IMG/VR virus record: IMGVR_UViG_3300027542_000004
Location: 32,655-96,654 of that record
Source of the DNA: a virus
Lineage: Duplodnaviria; Caudoviricetes
DNA length: 64,000 nucleotides
Direction: 5' to 3' (one strand)
Shown: positions 10,187 through 19,963 of the stretch, in pieces
Numbering within the stretch: position 1 is the first letter of the stretch
How the letters are laid out: every line of letters begins with the position of its first letter
Notes under the pieces: generated by a model
What the model saw: the letters and a program-made list of their open reading frames with translations, nothing else
The model's database searches: none
Told to the model about the DNA's origin: nothing
Translations under genes and position numbers: made by a program

Positions 10187-10438
10187 ATGGGTATATTAAG
10201 ACTTAAACGAGTCCACGGAACGGATTACGAAAATTTCAATGCCGGCTATGCGCTCTACGAGGATGAAGCCGGTCGCCAGTATAGCGGATATGTAGGTCGC
10301 GGAAACACGCCAGACCCTCGTTTCTGGGCTACACTTAATCAATATTGGGAACGCGACCTCAGTATCTTCACACGCGAATATTGCGAATATCAGGGCATCG
10401 ACCGCCCACAGTACACGCAGATTGAAATCATCGGCTAA
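10187..10438 (+). CDS. Hypothetical protein
   Basis: Operon ORF. Confidence 0.6.
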   Translation: MGILRLKRVHGTDYENFNAGYALYEDEAGRQYSGYVGRGNTPDPRFWATLNQYWERDLSIFTREYCEYQGIDRPQYTQIEIIG

Positions 10439-10646
10439 CAATCTCGTCATCAGCGAAAAGCGGAAGCCGACAGCCATAATCGGCTTATAATGGGCATGTA
10501 GTCACGTCTGCCGGGATTTGAATAGCAAAAGTTAAAGCATTTACTTTGTTAAATAATCTTAAATAAAAGTATTTTTCTTATATTATTATTTGGTAGATTA
10601 AAGTATTTACTATAACTTTGTAACCGTAATCAAAACCCAATAAGAT

Positions 10647-10850
10647 ATGAAGACTACAAACAACCCCTACAAGATTGAACATGTCAGCGATTTTGGCATG
10701 GCCTATTATCAGGTAGTGCGCAAGCGCGATGAAGCCATTCTCTACGCCAATAGCAACATTGACAACATCGCCTCTTTCATTCTTGACGAGGGCATCGACG
10801 TGGCCGGCTTTGACGCAGTGCCTGAATTTGCAAACAATCACGTTTTCTAA
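10647..10850 (+). CDS. Hypothetical protein
   Basis: First ORF after TAACTTTG promoter at ~10613. Confidence 0.65.
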   Translation: MKTTNNPYKIEHVSDFGMAYYQVVRKRDEAILYANSNIDNIASFILDEGIDVAGFDAVPEFANNHVF

Positions 10851-10862
10851 ATCTGAACGACC

Positions 10863-11123
10863 ATGACCGCTACAATAGAACTTATACAGGAGGCAACCCC
10901 AAGGGGCGAATACAAGCCCACAACGCTTGACGAGCTAAAGGCTAAAGCAGACATTCTCGTTACGGCGATTGATAGCCACTATGAAATCGTGGTAAAGAAC
11001 CCAAGCATAAAGCTCAATGGGCGCGGCATCAAGCGCAGCACGTACATCGGCAACATCTTCTATGTGACCGAGCGCGTCTATAAGCAGCTATGCAAAGAAT
11101 ATAACGTAATGTGCGACTTCTAA
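10863..11123 (+). CDS. Hypothetical protein, paralog of 15350-15637
   Basis: C-terminal ~60 aa identical to the minus-strand copy. Confidence 0.8.
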   Translation: MTATIELIQEATPRGEYKPTTLDELKAKADILVTAIDSHYEIVVKNPSIKLNGRGIKRSTYIGNIFYVTERVYKQLCKEYNVMCDF

Positions 11124-11134
11124 TTTTCATCAAC

Positions 11135-11416
11135 ATGGCATCAACTCACTTCATAATATACCACAAGCAGCATGAAGACGAGGGCATCGTACTTGACGGC
11201 TTCAAATGCGCTTACAAGGGCGACAAAGATGATATGGCAAGAGTCTATCGTGAATTTTTCAACAAGGCTAAAAAGCTCGTTGAACTGGGACAGGCAACAG
11301 ACCTAAAAGAAAGTTATGACGATGATGGAACGCTTTCTTTCAAGTTTACCCGCAACGGTATCGTGATGAAGACTTTCTCATGTGAACGCAAGCGAGCCGC
11401 ATGGCTTCTCGCATAA
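11135..11416 (+). CDS. Hypothetical protein
   Basis: Operon ORF. Confidence 0.6.
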   Translation: MASTHFIIYHKQHEDEGIVLDGFKCAYKGDKDDMARVYREFFNKAKKLVELGQATDLKESYDDDGTLSFKFTRNGIVMKTFSCERKRAAWLLA

Positions 11417-11427
11417 TACACCCGGTT

Positions 11428-12111
11428 ATGACATCAAAAGAGAAAATATACGCGCAAATCCTTGAAACGCGGAACGCGATTGACAAGCTGAACGGCAACG
11501 CACCCCGTTACGACATCGACAAGTGCCTACGCACCAACTATGCGCAGACACACACAAGGGCAGAACTTAATACAGAACTGGGCATCGCCCAATCCTGCCT
11601 ACGGAACACCCGGAGCAAAAAGGCGATTGAAAAATGGTACGGCACACCCGCCGGCATCGCCTACCGCGAAGAGCGTGAGGCCAAAATCAAAAGCCTGCGG
11701 CGCGAAGTCTTGAACACCCACCGCGATACGACAAGCGACGTGCATCGCTTCATCTATCAGCACCTCGGCAAGCAGTGGCGTGTGCGCGTCATCGGCGAAA
11801 GAGCCATGACGATAGAACTACTTAACAAGGTCGGAAAGAGCCAATTCGGATACGACATTGAGTTTTACTACGGCCACGAAACATGCGACCCGGATAAGTT
11901 TGAAATCAGTTGCTCAAGTGTCGGCGGCTATGACCCAACGCAGGACTCGCGCAGGCTTGACTATTTCATCGGCCTGACCACGCTATCAAAGTACGACGTG
12001 GCTACTGAACTGAAAAGCCTCTTGAAGTCTTTCTCGGATTATTGTTACCGACAGGGCAATGAAATCTACCGACTTGAAAACGAACTTGAAAACCCACCTT
12101 ACAATGGCTAA
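11428..12111 (+). CDS. Hypothetical protein
   Basis: Long operon ORF (start 11401 or 11428). Confidence 0.7.
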   Translation: MTSKEKIYAQILETRNAIDKLNGNAPRYDIDKCLRTNYAQTHTRAELNTELGIAQSCLRNTRSKKAIEKWYGTPAGIAYREEREAKIKSLRREVLNTHRDTTSDVHRFIYQHLGKQWRVRVIGERAMTIELLNKVGKSQFGYDIEFYYGHETCDPDKFEISCSSVGGYDPTQDSRRLDYFIGLTTLSKYDVATELKSLLKSFSDYCYRQGNEIYRLENELENPPYNG

Positions 12112-12352
12112 AAAGAAAGAACCGGTATTATGCTACTTTCATTTCATGTATAACCAGTGGAATGAACAGACGGCACAAAAGGTATTTGCAGACGCTTCGT
12201 GCGGATGGCAGTACCTATGGGATAAATGGTGCCGCTTATGCGATGACTATGGGATGTATGGTGCAATAACAATGTTTTACACTGAGAGTCTTGACGGCAA
12301 TCTTCAAAAGATGCTTGCAGACGCTTCAAACGAATACTACAATGGAAAATAA
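12104..12352 (+). CDS. Hypothetical protein
   Basis: Overlapping operon ORF. Confidence 0.6.
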   Translation: MAKKKEPVLCYFHFMYNQWNEQTAQKVFADASCGWQYLWDKWCRLCDDYGMYGAITMFYTESLDGNLQKMLADASNEYYNGK

Positions 12353-12704
12353 CAAACTACCCCAGATTGATTACAATCAATTTTGTGGTGATACACATAT
12401 CACCACAAAGGATATGATGCCTGAACTTGTTGCCTATTCTATCCTATGGCACAATATGGGCTACGGAAATGACCCGGTGACACAGACTGAAACATCACGC
12501 GCTCATGTGCTTTGTCTGCCTTTCGCCCTAAAGATACGCGACAGACTGCGTGAAGATGGCAGATGGCCGGAAGATAAGAATGTAGAATACACAGGTATCA
12601 TCATATCGATACTGATGATTAAGGCTGCCGGTCTGACCCCAGAGAAACTCAAGATGCTACGCGATGTTATCACTGATGAAATCTTTAGAGCCGGTATCTT
12701 CTGA
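12342..12704 (+). CDS. Hypothetical protein
   Basis: Overlapping operon ORF. Confidence 0.6.
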   Translation: MENNKLPQIDYNQFCGDTHITTKDMMPELVAYSILWHNMGYGNDPVTQTETSRAHVLCLPFALKIRDRLREDGRWPEDKNVEYTGIIISILMIKAAGLTPEKLKMLRDVITDEIFRAGIF

Positions 12705-13036
12705 TGATGTTCAACGAAAGAAAACCTATCACAACGCTTGCAGGGGTGAAAGCCTTTGCAAGCTATCTCTTCTTTGACCTTGCGACTGCCTTTCATCCTG
12801 ATGATGACTTCACGGAATATGTCAAGCATGAAGATGGCGGAGCTGCCTTTGCATCGGTCAGGGCTGAAAGATTGAATCAAAGAATGTCGGAATGTCGCCA
12901 AGTGTGCGATGCCGCAGGTGTCGATATATGCGAGCAGATGGGTGTTGCATTAGATTATTTCAATGCGATAGCATCCGGGGCAACTCCTGACGAAGCAAGA
13001 AAGGCCACTTATTTTGATTTTGACGGCTCGCAATGA
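12704..13036 (+). CDS. Hypothetical protein
   Basis: FHPDDDF.EY motif; TGATG coupling. Confidence 0.65.
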   Translation: MMFNERKPITTLAGVKAFASYLFFDLATAFHPDDDFTEYVKHEDGGAAFASVRAERLNQRMSECRQVCDAAGVDICEQMGVALDYFNAIASGATPDEARKATYFDFDGSQ

Positions 13037-13298
13037 TGTTAGGTAGGCAGATGTACCACTTGCATAGAATAAAGCGAAATTTGGCACATCTGATGCAGAA
13101 ATAAGGGTGTTTAGGATTTACGCCACGATTGTCATTGTAAGTGTGAATGAAAAAGGATGACATTTTCGCCCGGTCATCAAGGTTGGGAATGCGCATCGCG
13201 GAAAATCGCAAATCGGTCTTTTTGTTTATTTTTTCATCATACTTTTCTTTCATTCTTCTTATTCTCTTTATTCTCTTTATTCTTATTATTATTGTTTG

Positions 13299-13354
13299 TG
13301 GCGGTTTGACCTCCTATTGGATGGCGGTTTGACCTCCTATTGGATGGCGGTTTG
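13299..13354. repeat. Iteron-like tandem repeat: 2 x 23 bp plus a partial unit
   Basis: TGGCGGTTTGACCTCCTATTGGA twice, then TGGCGGTTTG, beside a pyrimidine/AT-rich tract. Confidence 0.85.
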
Positions 13355-13444
13355 GGGTGCGGTTTGTTGGTTGTAAAATTGTAGAGTAGTGGTGTAAAAC
13401 ACACGGAAACAATAAATTGTGTTGGCGTTTTGCTGGTTGTAATA

Positions 13445-13485
13445 AAAAATCCACTGAATCCGGATATGGGCTCAGTGGATTTTCT
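13445..13485. terminator. Bidirectional terminator-like hairpin
   Basis: AAAATCCACTGA...TCAGTGGATTTT between convergent operons. Confidence 0.7.
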
Positions 13486-13505
13486 TATGCAGATTGTTGT
13501 GCCGG

Positions 13506-14123
13506 TCAGGGCATACGGTTTCCGAGGATGAAAGAATGACCATCTCCAAGCTTCCGTCTGATGATGTAACCGCCCATTTCAAGTCTGTCCCACGCTTCTT
13601 CAACGTCAATCTTGTCGATTCCGAGTGCTTTTGAAATCATGTTGTTGGTGACAACGAAAGGTACTTCTCGCGACGACCTGATGCCGTTCCGCAGATATGA
13701 ATATATCGCTACATCATAGGCGCTTAGTATGACATCTGTTGCCGGGATAATCTTTCCGCTGGCAAGGTCTTCACGCATCTCGTCTGCGAGCCTACGCGAT
13801 TCCGCGAATATGTCGGCCATCGTTTCCGGACGTTGGATGCTTTCAAGTTCTTTCCATCTTCGGATAAGGATTGCCCGCTGTCGGTCATCATACTTTGATG
13901 TGACGAATAGCGTTTGTTCAAATGTCAGTTCATAACATGGTCTTTGCTTCCCTTGCGAATCTGTGTATGAGGTGAGGGCAAAATTTCCCTCACCTACTTC
14001 AATCCAGACTTTCTCCATCTTACGGATGACCTTTAACAAATCGGCATGGCGAATATCAAGAAACTGAGCTATCTCAAGACTGGTTCTTGTTGGTTGCCTG
14101 TAAATCGTTGGTACTACTTCCAT
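13506..14123 (-). CDS. Rha-family phage regulatory protein with C-terminal HTH
   Basis: TSLEIA....RH.DLL..IR; SYTDSQGKQRPCYEL; RWKELE. Confidence 0.85.
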   Translation of the reverse strand: MEVVPTIYRQPTRTSLEIAQFLDIRHADLLKVIRKMEKVWIEVGEGNFALTSYTDSQGKQRPCYELTFEQTLFVTSKYDDRQRAILIRRWKELESIQRPETMADIFAESRRLADEMREDLASGKIIPATDVILSAYDVAIYSYLRNGIRSSREVPFVVTNNMISKALGIDKIDVEEAWDRLEMGGYIIRRKLGDGHSFILGNRMP

Positions 14124-14134
14124 AATCCTTGATA

Positions 14135-14308
14135 TTAGTCAAATTCAAATTCATCATCATAAAGGTCAATGGTGGTCCCGCTGCTGAACTGGATGACGAA
14201 CCGGTATCCGTTTCTACCGATGATGGTGCCGCGATGGTATCCGCGCCACGGCTCTTTCAATTCTACTTGCTTTCCGTATTCAGGGAAATTTGTATCTTCT
14301 TCGTACAT
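14135..14308 (-). CDS. Small hypothetical protein (57 aa, below ORF-track cutoff)
   Basis: MYEEDTNFPEYGKQVELKEPWRGY...DDEFEFD read by hand in the minus-strand operon. Confidence 0.6.
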   Translation of the reverse strand: MYEEDTNFPEYGKQVELKEPWRGYHRGTIIGRNGYRFVIQFSSGTTIDLYDDEFEFD

Positions 14309-14365
14309 TGCTGATGGGTGTTATGGGCGACCCGGATTGCAGAGCCGCCCGGTTAGACATTGTAA

Positions 14366-15007
14366 TTATGCGGTCACTGATGATTCAATCAGTTCCGTGT
14401 CGATATAGGCGTTATCAACGTTGATTTCATTACCCTCATCGTCAAGAGTCCAGACACGCGATGTCAGGATTTCAAGATGTGGCTTGTTGATGCCGCCCAC
14501 CGATGCGACCATATCATTTCCGATTTCCACGCTTACACAGAAATAGCCGGTCACTACCGGGGTGATTGCAGCCACCACTGCCGCCAGTGCGAGGGATGCT
14601 GCCTTTGAATTGAAACTTGTTACTTGCATTTTCATTCGCTTTATTGGTTGATTACATAAAAGTCTTTTCAGATAAACCATCCTCCCCCAACTGAGCATAT
14701 CTTCCGTTTCCTGAATATCCTTTGCCTCCTGCCATGCTTCGCGTATGCGGTATGATGCCTCCTTTTCAATGCGGTATTTATCCGGCTTGCCATAAGGGAT
14801 TTCTTCATCATCTGCATTATAGTGATAGACGTTACATTCATTGATAGAAACGTCACCATCCTCATCATCAATCCATCCACTGACTTCACATGACAGGGCG
14901 TTTCCGTCTTCATCATCATATTCAACAGAAGTAAAGAATCTGCCCGGCTCACATTCATAGACGGCATTGATAATAGCATCTTCAAGGTCTTTCAGGTTGG
15001 GTATCAT
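14366..15007 (-). CDS. Acidic hypothetical protein, possibly two fused genes (second start MKMQ near 14635)
   Basis: Open frame; internal leader-like TGTAATCAACCAATAAAG precedes the second ATG. Confidence 0.5.
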   Translation of the reverse strand: MIPNLKDLEDAIINAVYECEPGRFFTSVEYDDEDGNALSCEVSGWIDDEDGDVSINECNVYHYNADDEEIPYGKPDKYRIEKEASYRIREAWQEAKDIQETEDMLSWGRMVYLKRLLCNQPIKRMKMQVTSFNSKAASLALAAVVAAITPVVTGYFCVSVEIGNDMVASVGGINKPHLEILTSRVWTLDDEGNEINVDNAYIDTELIESSVTA

Positions 15008-15008
15008 G

Positions 15009-15338
15009 TCAAGCCATTTTATAGAGGTTGCATTTCTTGAAAGAACGATACTCCTGCTTCTCGGTATCATAGTACACTTGCACTGTGTCTGCCGGTCTGC
15101 GACCGCTCCCCTGCGTTTCAGGGAGGCGGTGTGGGTCAAGTGTGCCGAAAGCCTGTCTGAGCGTTCCGTCAACTTTCATAAAGAAGAATTGTACGATGCC
15201 GGTGCGCATAGCTTTTGTAACTTTGGCGTTGAGCCATGCCACCTTGAGGGCTTCTGCCATTGTGAAGCCGTTGCGTTTTACGAACATCCATGCCATTCTC
15301 ATAATGTTGGCGAGGGTTGATTTTCTTTCGTTGCTCAT
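15009..15338 (-). CDS. DUF2693/WYL_2-like SH3-fold protein, paralog of 42578-42910
   Basis: F.F.KVDGTLR.A.GTL ... YYDTEK.EYRSFK. Confidence 0.8.
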   Translation of the reverse strand: MSNERKSTLANIMRMAWMFVKRNGFTMAEALKVAWLNAKVTKAMRTGIVQFFFMKVDGTLRQAFGTLDPHRLPETQGSGRRPADTVQVYYDTEKQEYRSFKKCNLYKMA

Positions 15339-15349
15339 AGCCGTATCTT

Positions 15350-15637
15350 TTAGAAGTCACACATTACGTTGTATTCTTTGCAGAGCTGCTTGTAAACTCT
15401 TTCAGTCACATAGAAGATGTTGCCGATGTACGTGCTGCGCTTGATGCCGCGCCCATTGAGCTTTATGCTTGGGTTCTTTACCACGATTTCATAGTGGCTA
15501 TCAATAGCCGTTACAAGTATGTCTGCCTTTGCCTTTTCATCATCAAGTGTTGTGCGCTTGTATTCGCCACGCTTGATGAAATTGTCGTTAGGTACAAAGT
15601 AACCTGTTGCTGTGCCATATTCGTTTGTAGTAGTCAT
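15350..15637 (-). CDS. Hypothetical protein, paralog of 10863-11123
   Basis: Shared identical C-terminus. Confidence 0.8.
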   Translation of the reverse strand: MTTTNEYGTATGYFVPNDNFIKRGEYKRTTLDDEKAKADILVTAIDSHYEIVVKNPSIKLNGRGIKRSTYIGNIFYVTERVYKQLCKEYNVMCDF

Positions 15638-15648
15638 ATCTTATCGTT

Positions 15649-15915
15649 TTAGAAGAGTTTTACAATTACATTACCATTCTCAGCGTTGACAGAACCATCG
15701 TTGATTAAACCGCGATTCTTGGCGATTGCGATGTTAAGACCAGCCTCAGAGCAAACATCCATTGAATTTGTGAAAGGGGGCAGTTGAAAAGTAATGATTG
15801 CACCTGCCACGCCTCTCTGCCAGTTGTCGATGACGCTTGCGCGAAAAACATTCTCAAGGCGTTCAACCATGTTGGCTGATGCTTTCTTGAAGTCTATCTT
15901 ATTTGTCTTTCTCAT
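15649..15915 (-). CDS. Hypothetical protein
   Basis: First ORF after minus-strand TAACTTTG promoter (~15953-15960). Confidence 0.65.
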   Translation of the reverse strand: MRKTNKIDFKKASANMVERLENVFRASVIDNWQRGVAGAIITFQLPPFTNSMDVCSEAGLNIAIAKNRGLINDGSVNAENGNVIVKLF

Positions 15916-16135
15916 ATCGTTGGTCTTTTGTTGTCGTTTAACTTTGATGATGCAAAGTTATAGAATAAAATCTATATATGCAAATAAAATATAGTCTAAA
16001 CACTATTATTTAACAATTATTAACAATAGGCTAAAATCTATAAATAATAAAAATAATAGCGTTTAGTCTAATTTAATTTTGTAGATTAAATTTTTTTGTT
16101 TAATTTTGCACCATTAAAAATATAGATTAAAGGCT

Positions 16136-16639
16136 ATGGATATAAAGCAAAGAATAAAAGAGGCAGGGATGACCGTCAGTGAAGTGGCGGCTCGGATGCC
16201 ACGACCGGATGGAGGTGTGGGAATTGCACAGGCTTCATTATCTGCTATAATTAATGGCAATCCGACTATAAATAAATTGAAAGACATTGCCGATATTCTT
16301 GGTATATTGCTTTCGGAACTTGTTAAGGATGAATCTTCGTTAACTCAAAGGATTCACTGCCCTTATTGTGGAAAATCAATTCGTATAACATTGACAGCAG
16401 AAAAAGAAGAGCATCGGCATACACCGATAAGGAAAACTGTTGACTTACGTCTGAATACTGATGATGGTACAAAATATAGATATAAGCATCCCCATTCAAG
16501 AGAAGAAAGAATGGCTATTCTGGAACTTCAAACCTTACCGGGTGAGGATGGCATGGTTAGTGTCCTTAATACAAATCCCATTGATTCGGATGGAAACGAA
16601 GTATTTGATATAGAATATGACCGTTTGATGCCAATATAA
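16136..16639 (+). CDS. Xre-family HTH regulator with CPYCG motif
   Basis: SLSAIINGNPTINKLKDIADILG. Confidence 0.85.
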   Translation: MDIKQRIKEAGMTVSEVAARMPRPDGGVGIAQASLSAIINGNPTINKLKDIADILGILLSELVKDESSLTQRIHCPYCGKSIRITLTAEKEEHRHTPIRKTVDLRLNTDDGTKYRYKHPHSREERMAILELQTLPGEDGMVSVLNTNPIDSDGNEVFDIEYDRLMPI

Positions 16640-16662
16640 TTTTATCACAAAAATATAATAAT

Positions 16663-17271
16663 ATGAGAATATTTTCATTATTTATCGCATTTATGTTGAC
16701 TTTCAACATATTCGCGGAAGAAGTCTTAATAGGGGGTTATCACGATAACAATGGCGATGGCGAACATAATGTTATTGCTCGGCTTAAAGAAAATGGAAGT
16801 AAGATTGATTGTATCTATATTTTTGTTGCTTCAACAATGGGCAACGGATACTATCGTATAGACAGCAATAAAATTCCGGAATTTGTGACTGCATTGAGTG
16901 AAGTAAAAACAAAATTTGAGGAATGGTCAACACAAGCAATAGACAATGGCATAGAAAAATTTACGAAACAAATCAGTGTTAACTTTCCAAAGGTGGTAGT
17001 TTATCTATCTGGAAAATCCAATTTCAATTTTTCGCAAAAGCTCAATGCTCTTTTTCAAGTTGACAATGGGATTCCTTGTGTTTGGATATACGCTTCAACA
17101 TCAACTAATTTTTCCAAATATAATAACAAGAAGGAAGTTTTCTCAATGCTTTTTGAGAATCCATCTGACATAGATGGACTGATTTCTATTCTACGAGATG
17201 AAGAAACAATTTTGCAGTTAGCCCATAAAAATCTTCAAATCGAAAGGAAATTCGATGACCTCTTTCAATAG
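16663..17271 (+). CDS. Exported hypothetical protein (moron-like)
   Basis: N-terminal signal peptide; AT-rich. Confidence 0.7.
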   Translation: MRIFSLFIAFMLTFNIFAEEVLIGGYHDNNGDGEHNVIARLKENGSKIDCIYIFVASTMGNGYYRIDSNKIPEFVTALSEVKTKFEEWSTQAIDNGIEKFTKQISVNFPKVVVYLSGKSNFNFSQKLNALFQVDNGIPCVWIYASTSTNFSKYNNKKEVFSMLFENPSDIDGLISILRDEETILQLAHKNLQIERKFDDLFQ

Positions 17272-17297
17272 TTTTCAAGAATCCCTATAAACAATTT

Positions 17298-17333
17298 GCG
17301 CATCAGTCATCCGATTGGTGCGCTTTCTTTTTG
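17298..17333 (+). terminator. Intrinsic terminator
   Basis: GCGCATCAGTC...GATTGGTGCGC then T-run. Confidence 0.7.
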
Positions 17334-17410
17334 TGCATACATGAAAGGCGACACGCATCAACGCGCATCGCCATCCGGCAGTAAAAAAAAGAAAAATTGT
17401 GTAGAAAGAC

Positions 17411-18685
17411 TTATTGTTCAGAAGTTATTTCCTCATTATCAATGGTCAACGCGCAGAAGCCTTTACAAGCTCCACGGAAACCATTGTGGTATTCTTTGGC
17501 AGTCATACGCTTCTTGTTTGGCAACTGCAAAATATCAATCGAAAGCAACATATCCTGACAGGCGACCATCAGTTTGCCATTCTCCCAGAACCATTCTCCG
17601 GGTGCGCGGAAGCCGCGAGGAATGTCAGTAAGACTTGCCTTGTGAATCTTCACATCGGTTGCGGAATCTGCCTCAAGCAACCTTACCGAAGTCCATGCAG
17701 TCGGCACTGACCCTGCGATAGCCGGGGTCTTTGGATATTGTTCGCCACAAATAACTGATGAATGGGCGCGTATGAAGTTATGAACGACTTCTGCGGAATC
17801 AGTCCAACGGATAAAGGCATCATTGCGGTAGAGCTTGGGCGCATGGCTCGGTTGAAAGAAATCGCATATAAGTTCTGACTGCGGAACTCCATTGCACGAA
17901 TGACCAATACGCTGGATTGCATCATCCATCATATCCGCACCGAAATTGCGAAGTCTGATATGCACTTCTTCCGCGCTTTCTTCCGGGCCTATGTAGATTC
18001 CGAGGTTGTTGATGATTTTGCCTGTATCCACACCCTTATCGATTACGAAAGTGGTGATGCCGGTCATCGCGCTTCCGTCCTTGATTGCGGATGTGATAGT
18101 GGATGCGCCCCGGTACATTGGAAGAAGCGATGAATGGAGATTGATGACTCCCCATTTAGGTATGCGGAACAATTCAGATGGTAATATGCAGTATTCAACC
18201 ACAACTCCCAACGTGGGATTCAGATTGCGGATTTTTTGAAGAAAAGATTCTGATTTAAGTTGAAGATGCGATGGCTGATATACAAGAAGACCTGCCTCTT
18301 CCGCATAAACACTGACAGGTGATGGGCAACACTTGTTTCCGCGACCGCAAGGCTTATTCTCCATAGTCACGACAGCAGCCACATCATATCCCTTTTCAAC
18401 GAGCATCTTTAGAGTCGGCACAGCGAAATGTCCGTTTCCGAAAAATACAATCCTGATATTATTCCGATTCACCGGCTTTTCTTGGTCATATTCGGGATAA
18501 GCCGATATTGCGTCTTCCGGAACAATGCTATATCCATCGGCCTGATTGACCTTAACTAAGTAATTGCCATCTTCATCCGGGCAAAGGATTCTGCACGGCA
18601 CGAAAAACTGATTTTCAAATTGGTCGCCGGCGCAATGCCCAACCACATTTACCAAATGACCAACGCGGTATCTTGGAGCTTTCAT
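17411..18685 (-). CDS. fmt: Methionyl-tRNA formyltransferase-like protein with extra N-terminal domain
   Basis: IVFFG..F, VVT..NKP.GRG, SPV, INLHSSLLP.YRGA, TGIT, DTG, APKL, LQLPNKKRM; ATGA overlap with upstream HTH gene. Confidence 0.85.
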   Translation of the reverse strand: MKAPRYRVGHLVNVVGHCAGDQFENQFFVPCRILCPDEDGNYLVKVNQADGYSIVPEDAISAYPEYDQEKPVNRNNIRIVFFGNGHFAVPTLKMLVEKGYDVAAVVTMENKPCGRGNKCCPSPVSVYAEEAGLLVYQPSHLQLKSESFLQKIRNLNPTLGVVVEYCILPSELFRIPKWGVINLHSSLLPMYRGASTITSAIKDGSAMTGITTFVIDKGVDTGKIINNLGIYIGPEESAEEVHIRLRNFGADMMDDAIQRIGHSCNGVPQSELICDFFQPSHAPKLYRNDAFIRWTDSAEVVHNFIRAHSSVICGEQYPKTPAIAGSVPTAWTSVRLLEADSATDVKIHKASLTDIPRGFRAPGEWFWENGKLMVACQDMLLSIDILQLPNKKRMTAKEYHNGFRGACKGFCALTIDNEEITSEQ

Positions 18686-18951
18686 TTTGATGAACCGGTC
18701 TGGATGTCGATACGTGCGCCGCACTGCGGACAGATGATGATAGCGGAATTTGGCTCAAGGTAATCTGTGAATAAAGAAGATACCGGCACTTCCAGCACTT
18801 TTGCAATTCGCTCAAGCGTGGATATGTTAGGATTGCCCTTTTCATTAACGATGTTGCCGAGTGTCTGAGGGGTGATTCCCATCTTTTCCGCGAGGCTTTT
18901 AAGGGTCATGCCCTTAGCAGCGACAATGTTCTTGATTCTGAATTTTGCCAT
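18682..18951 (-). CDS. Xre-family HTH regulator with CPQCG motif
   Basis: LAEKMGITPQTL...GNPNISTLERIA. Confidence 0.9.
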   Translation of the reverse strand: MAKFRIKNIVAAKGMTLKSLAEKMGITPQTLGNIVNEKGNPNISTLERIAKVLEVPVSSLFTDYLEPNSAIIICPQCGARIDIQTGSSK

Positions 18952-19140
18952 AGTAAAAGTAAATACTGATTTGGGTAGTTTCTTAATTTTTTTTGCAAAA
19001 ATACTCTTCCATAGGTACTTATAACGAGTCTAAAGAGTGAAATATTGTTAAATACTGATTAAAACAATAGTAAATACTTGCTCAATAAATAATATTAGTG
19101 TATCTTTGCAGCGGTTTAGTTATAGACCTAATGAGAAAAG

Positions 19141-19464
19141 ATGAACCAGACAATTTGTGACATAGAAGAAGACTGGGATGATTACGCCTACGACCATAAT
19201 TATGACCTCTATGACAGTCTTGATTATGAAGATGACCCGCGTAACCTGACCGACAGACCATCGCGATTTGTCAAACGTCATATCCTGCCCGGTTTGCACC
19301 CTTTGATTGAGGAAATCCGTGCGAAGAATGGCAAGGCTAAGATGGGCGAACAATTACGATGCCCTATGTGCGGAAGAAAGTTTGTCAAGAAGTCTTATCA
19401 ACAGAAATTTTGCACAAACAACTGTAAGGTCAAATACCACAACAAACGACAGGTATGGTACTGA
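19141..19464 (+). CDS. Hypothetical zinc-binding protein
   Basis: CPMCG...QKFC...C. Confidence 0.7.
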   Translation: MNQTICDIEEDWDDYAYDHNYDLYDSLDYEDDPRNLTDRPSRFVKRHILPGLHPLIEEIRAKNGKAKMGEQLRCPMCGRKFVKKSYQQKFCTNNCKVKYHNKRQVWY

Positions 19465-19465
19465 T

Positions 19466-19963
19466 ATGGAAACAACAATAAACAAAGTTACGCCGACAAT
19501 AGAGCAGATGCGCCACTTGCAATCGCTTGGCGACAAGTGCGAGGGCGCAAGCATGGTCTATCATCCGGCATCTGCACATTCTGAAATCTTCAAGTTGGAG
19601 GTTGGAAATGTGGAACACAAGCGCGAGTTTTGGGCTGAATCCAAACGCATTGCATTAGTGGGCGAGGGTTTCTTCGACCGGATGCACGGGCGCGATGTGC
19701 CTGCATACACCGCCGATGACATTATGGCGAAATTGCCGGAATCAATTCTTATCAACGGTATCTGGCATCTCCTTTTCATAGGCAATAAGCATGTTGACGG
19801 CCTGCGTGTCTTCGCGGCATCATATTCTTTCAGGGATGATAGCGGAAGATTTGTGGCAGCGCGTCAGGATACCGAGTGGGAGTCCACAATCTTTATCCAG
19901 TTACTCTATGCCGTGTATCTGTGGTGCATTGAAAACAAACACATCAATCTTACGGAAAAATGA
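19466..19963 (+). CDS. Hypothetical protein
   Basis: Operon ORF. Confidence 0.65.
   Translation: METTINKVTPTIEQMRHLQSLGDKCEGASMVYHPASAHSEIFKLEVGNVEHKREFWAESKRIALVGEGFFDRMHGRDVPAYTADDIMAKLPESILINGIWHLLFIGNKHVDGLRVFAASYSFRDDSGRFVAARQDTEWESTIFIQLLYAVYLWCIENKHINLTEK

Noticed and set aside
13299-13354. Possible CRISPR array
   Set aside because: Repeats abut with no spacers; no cas genes
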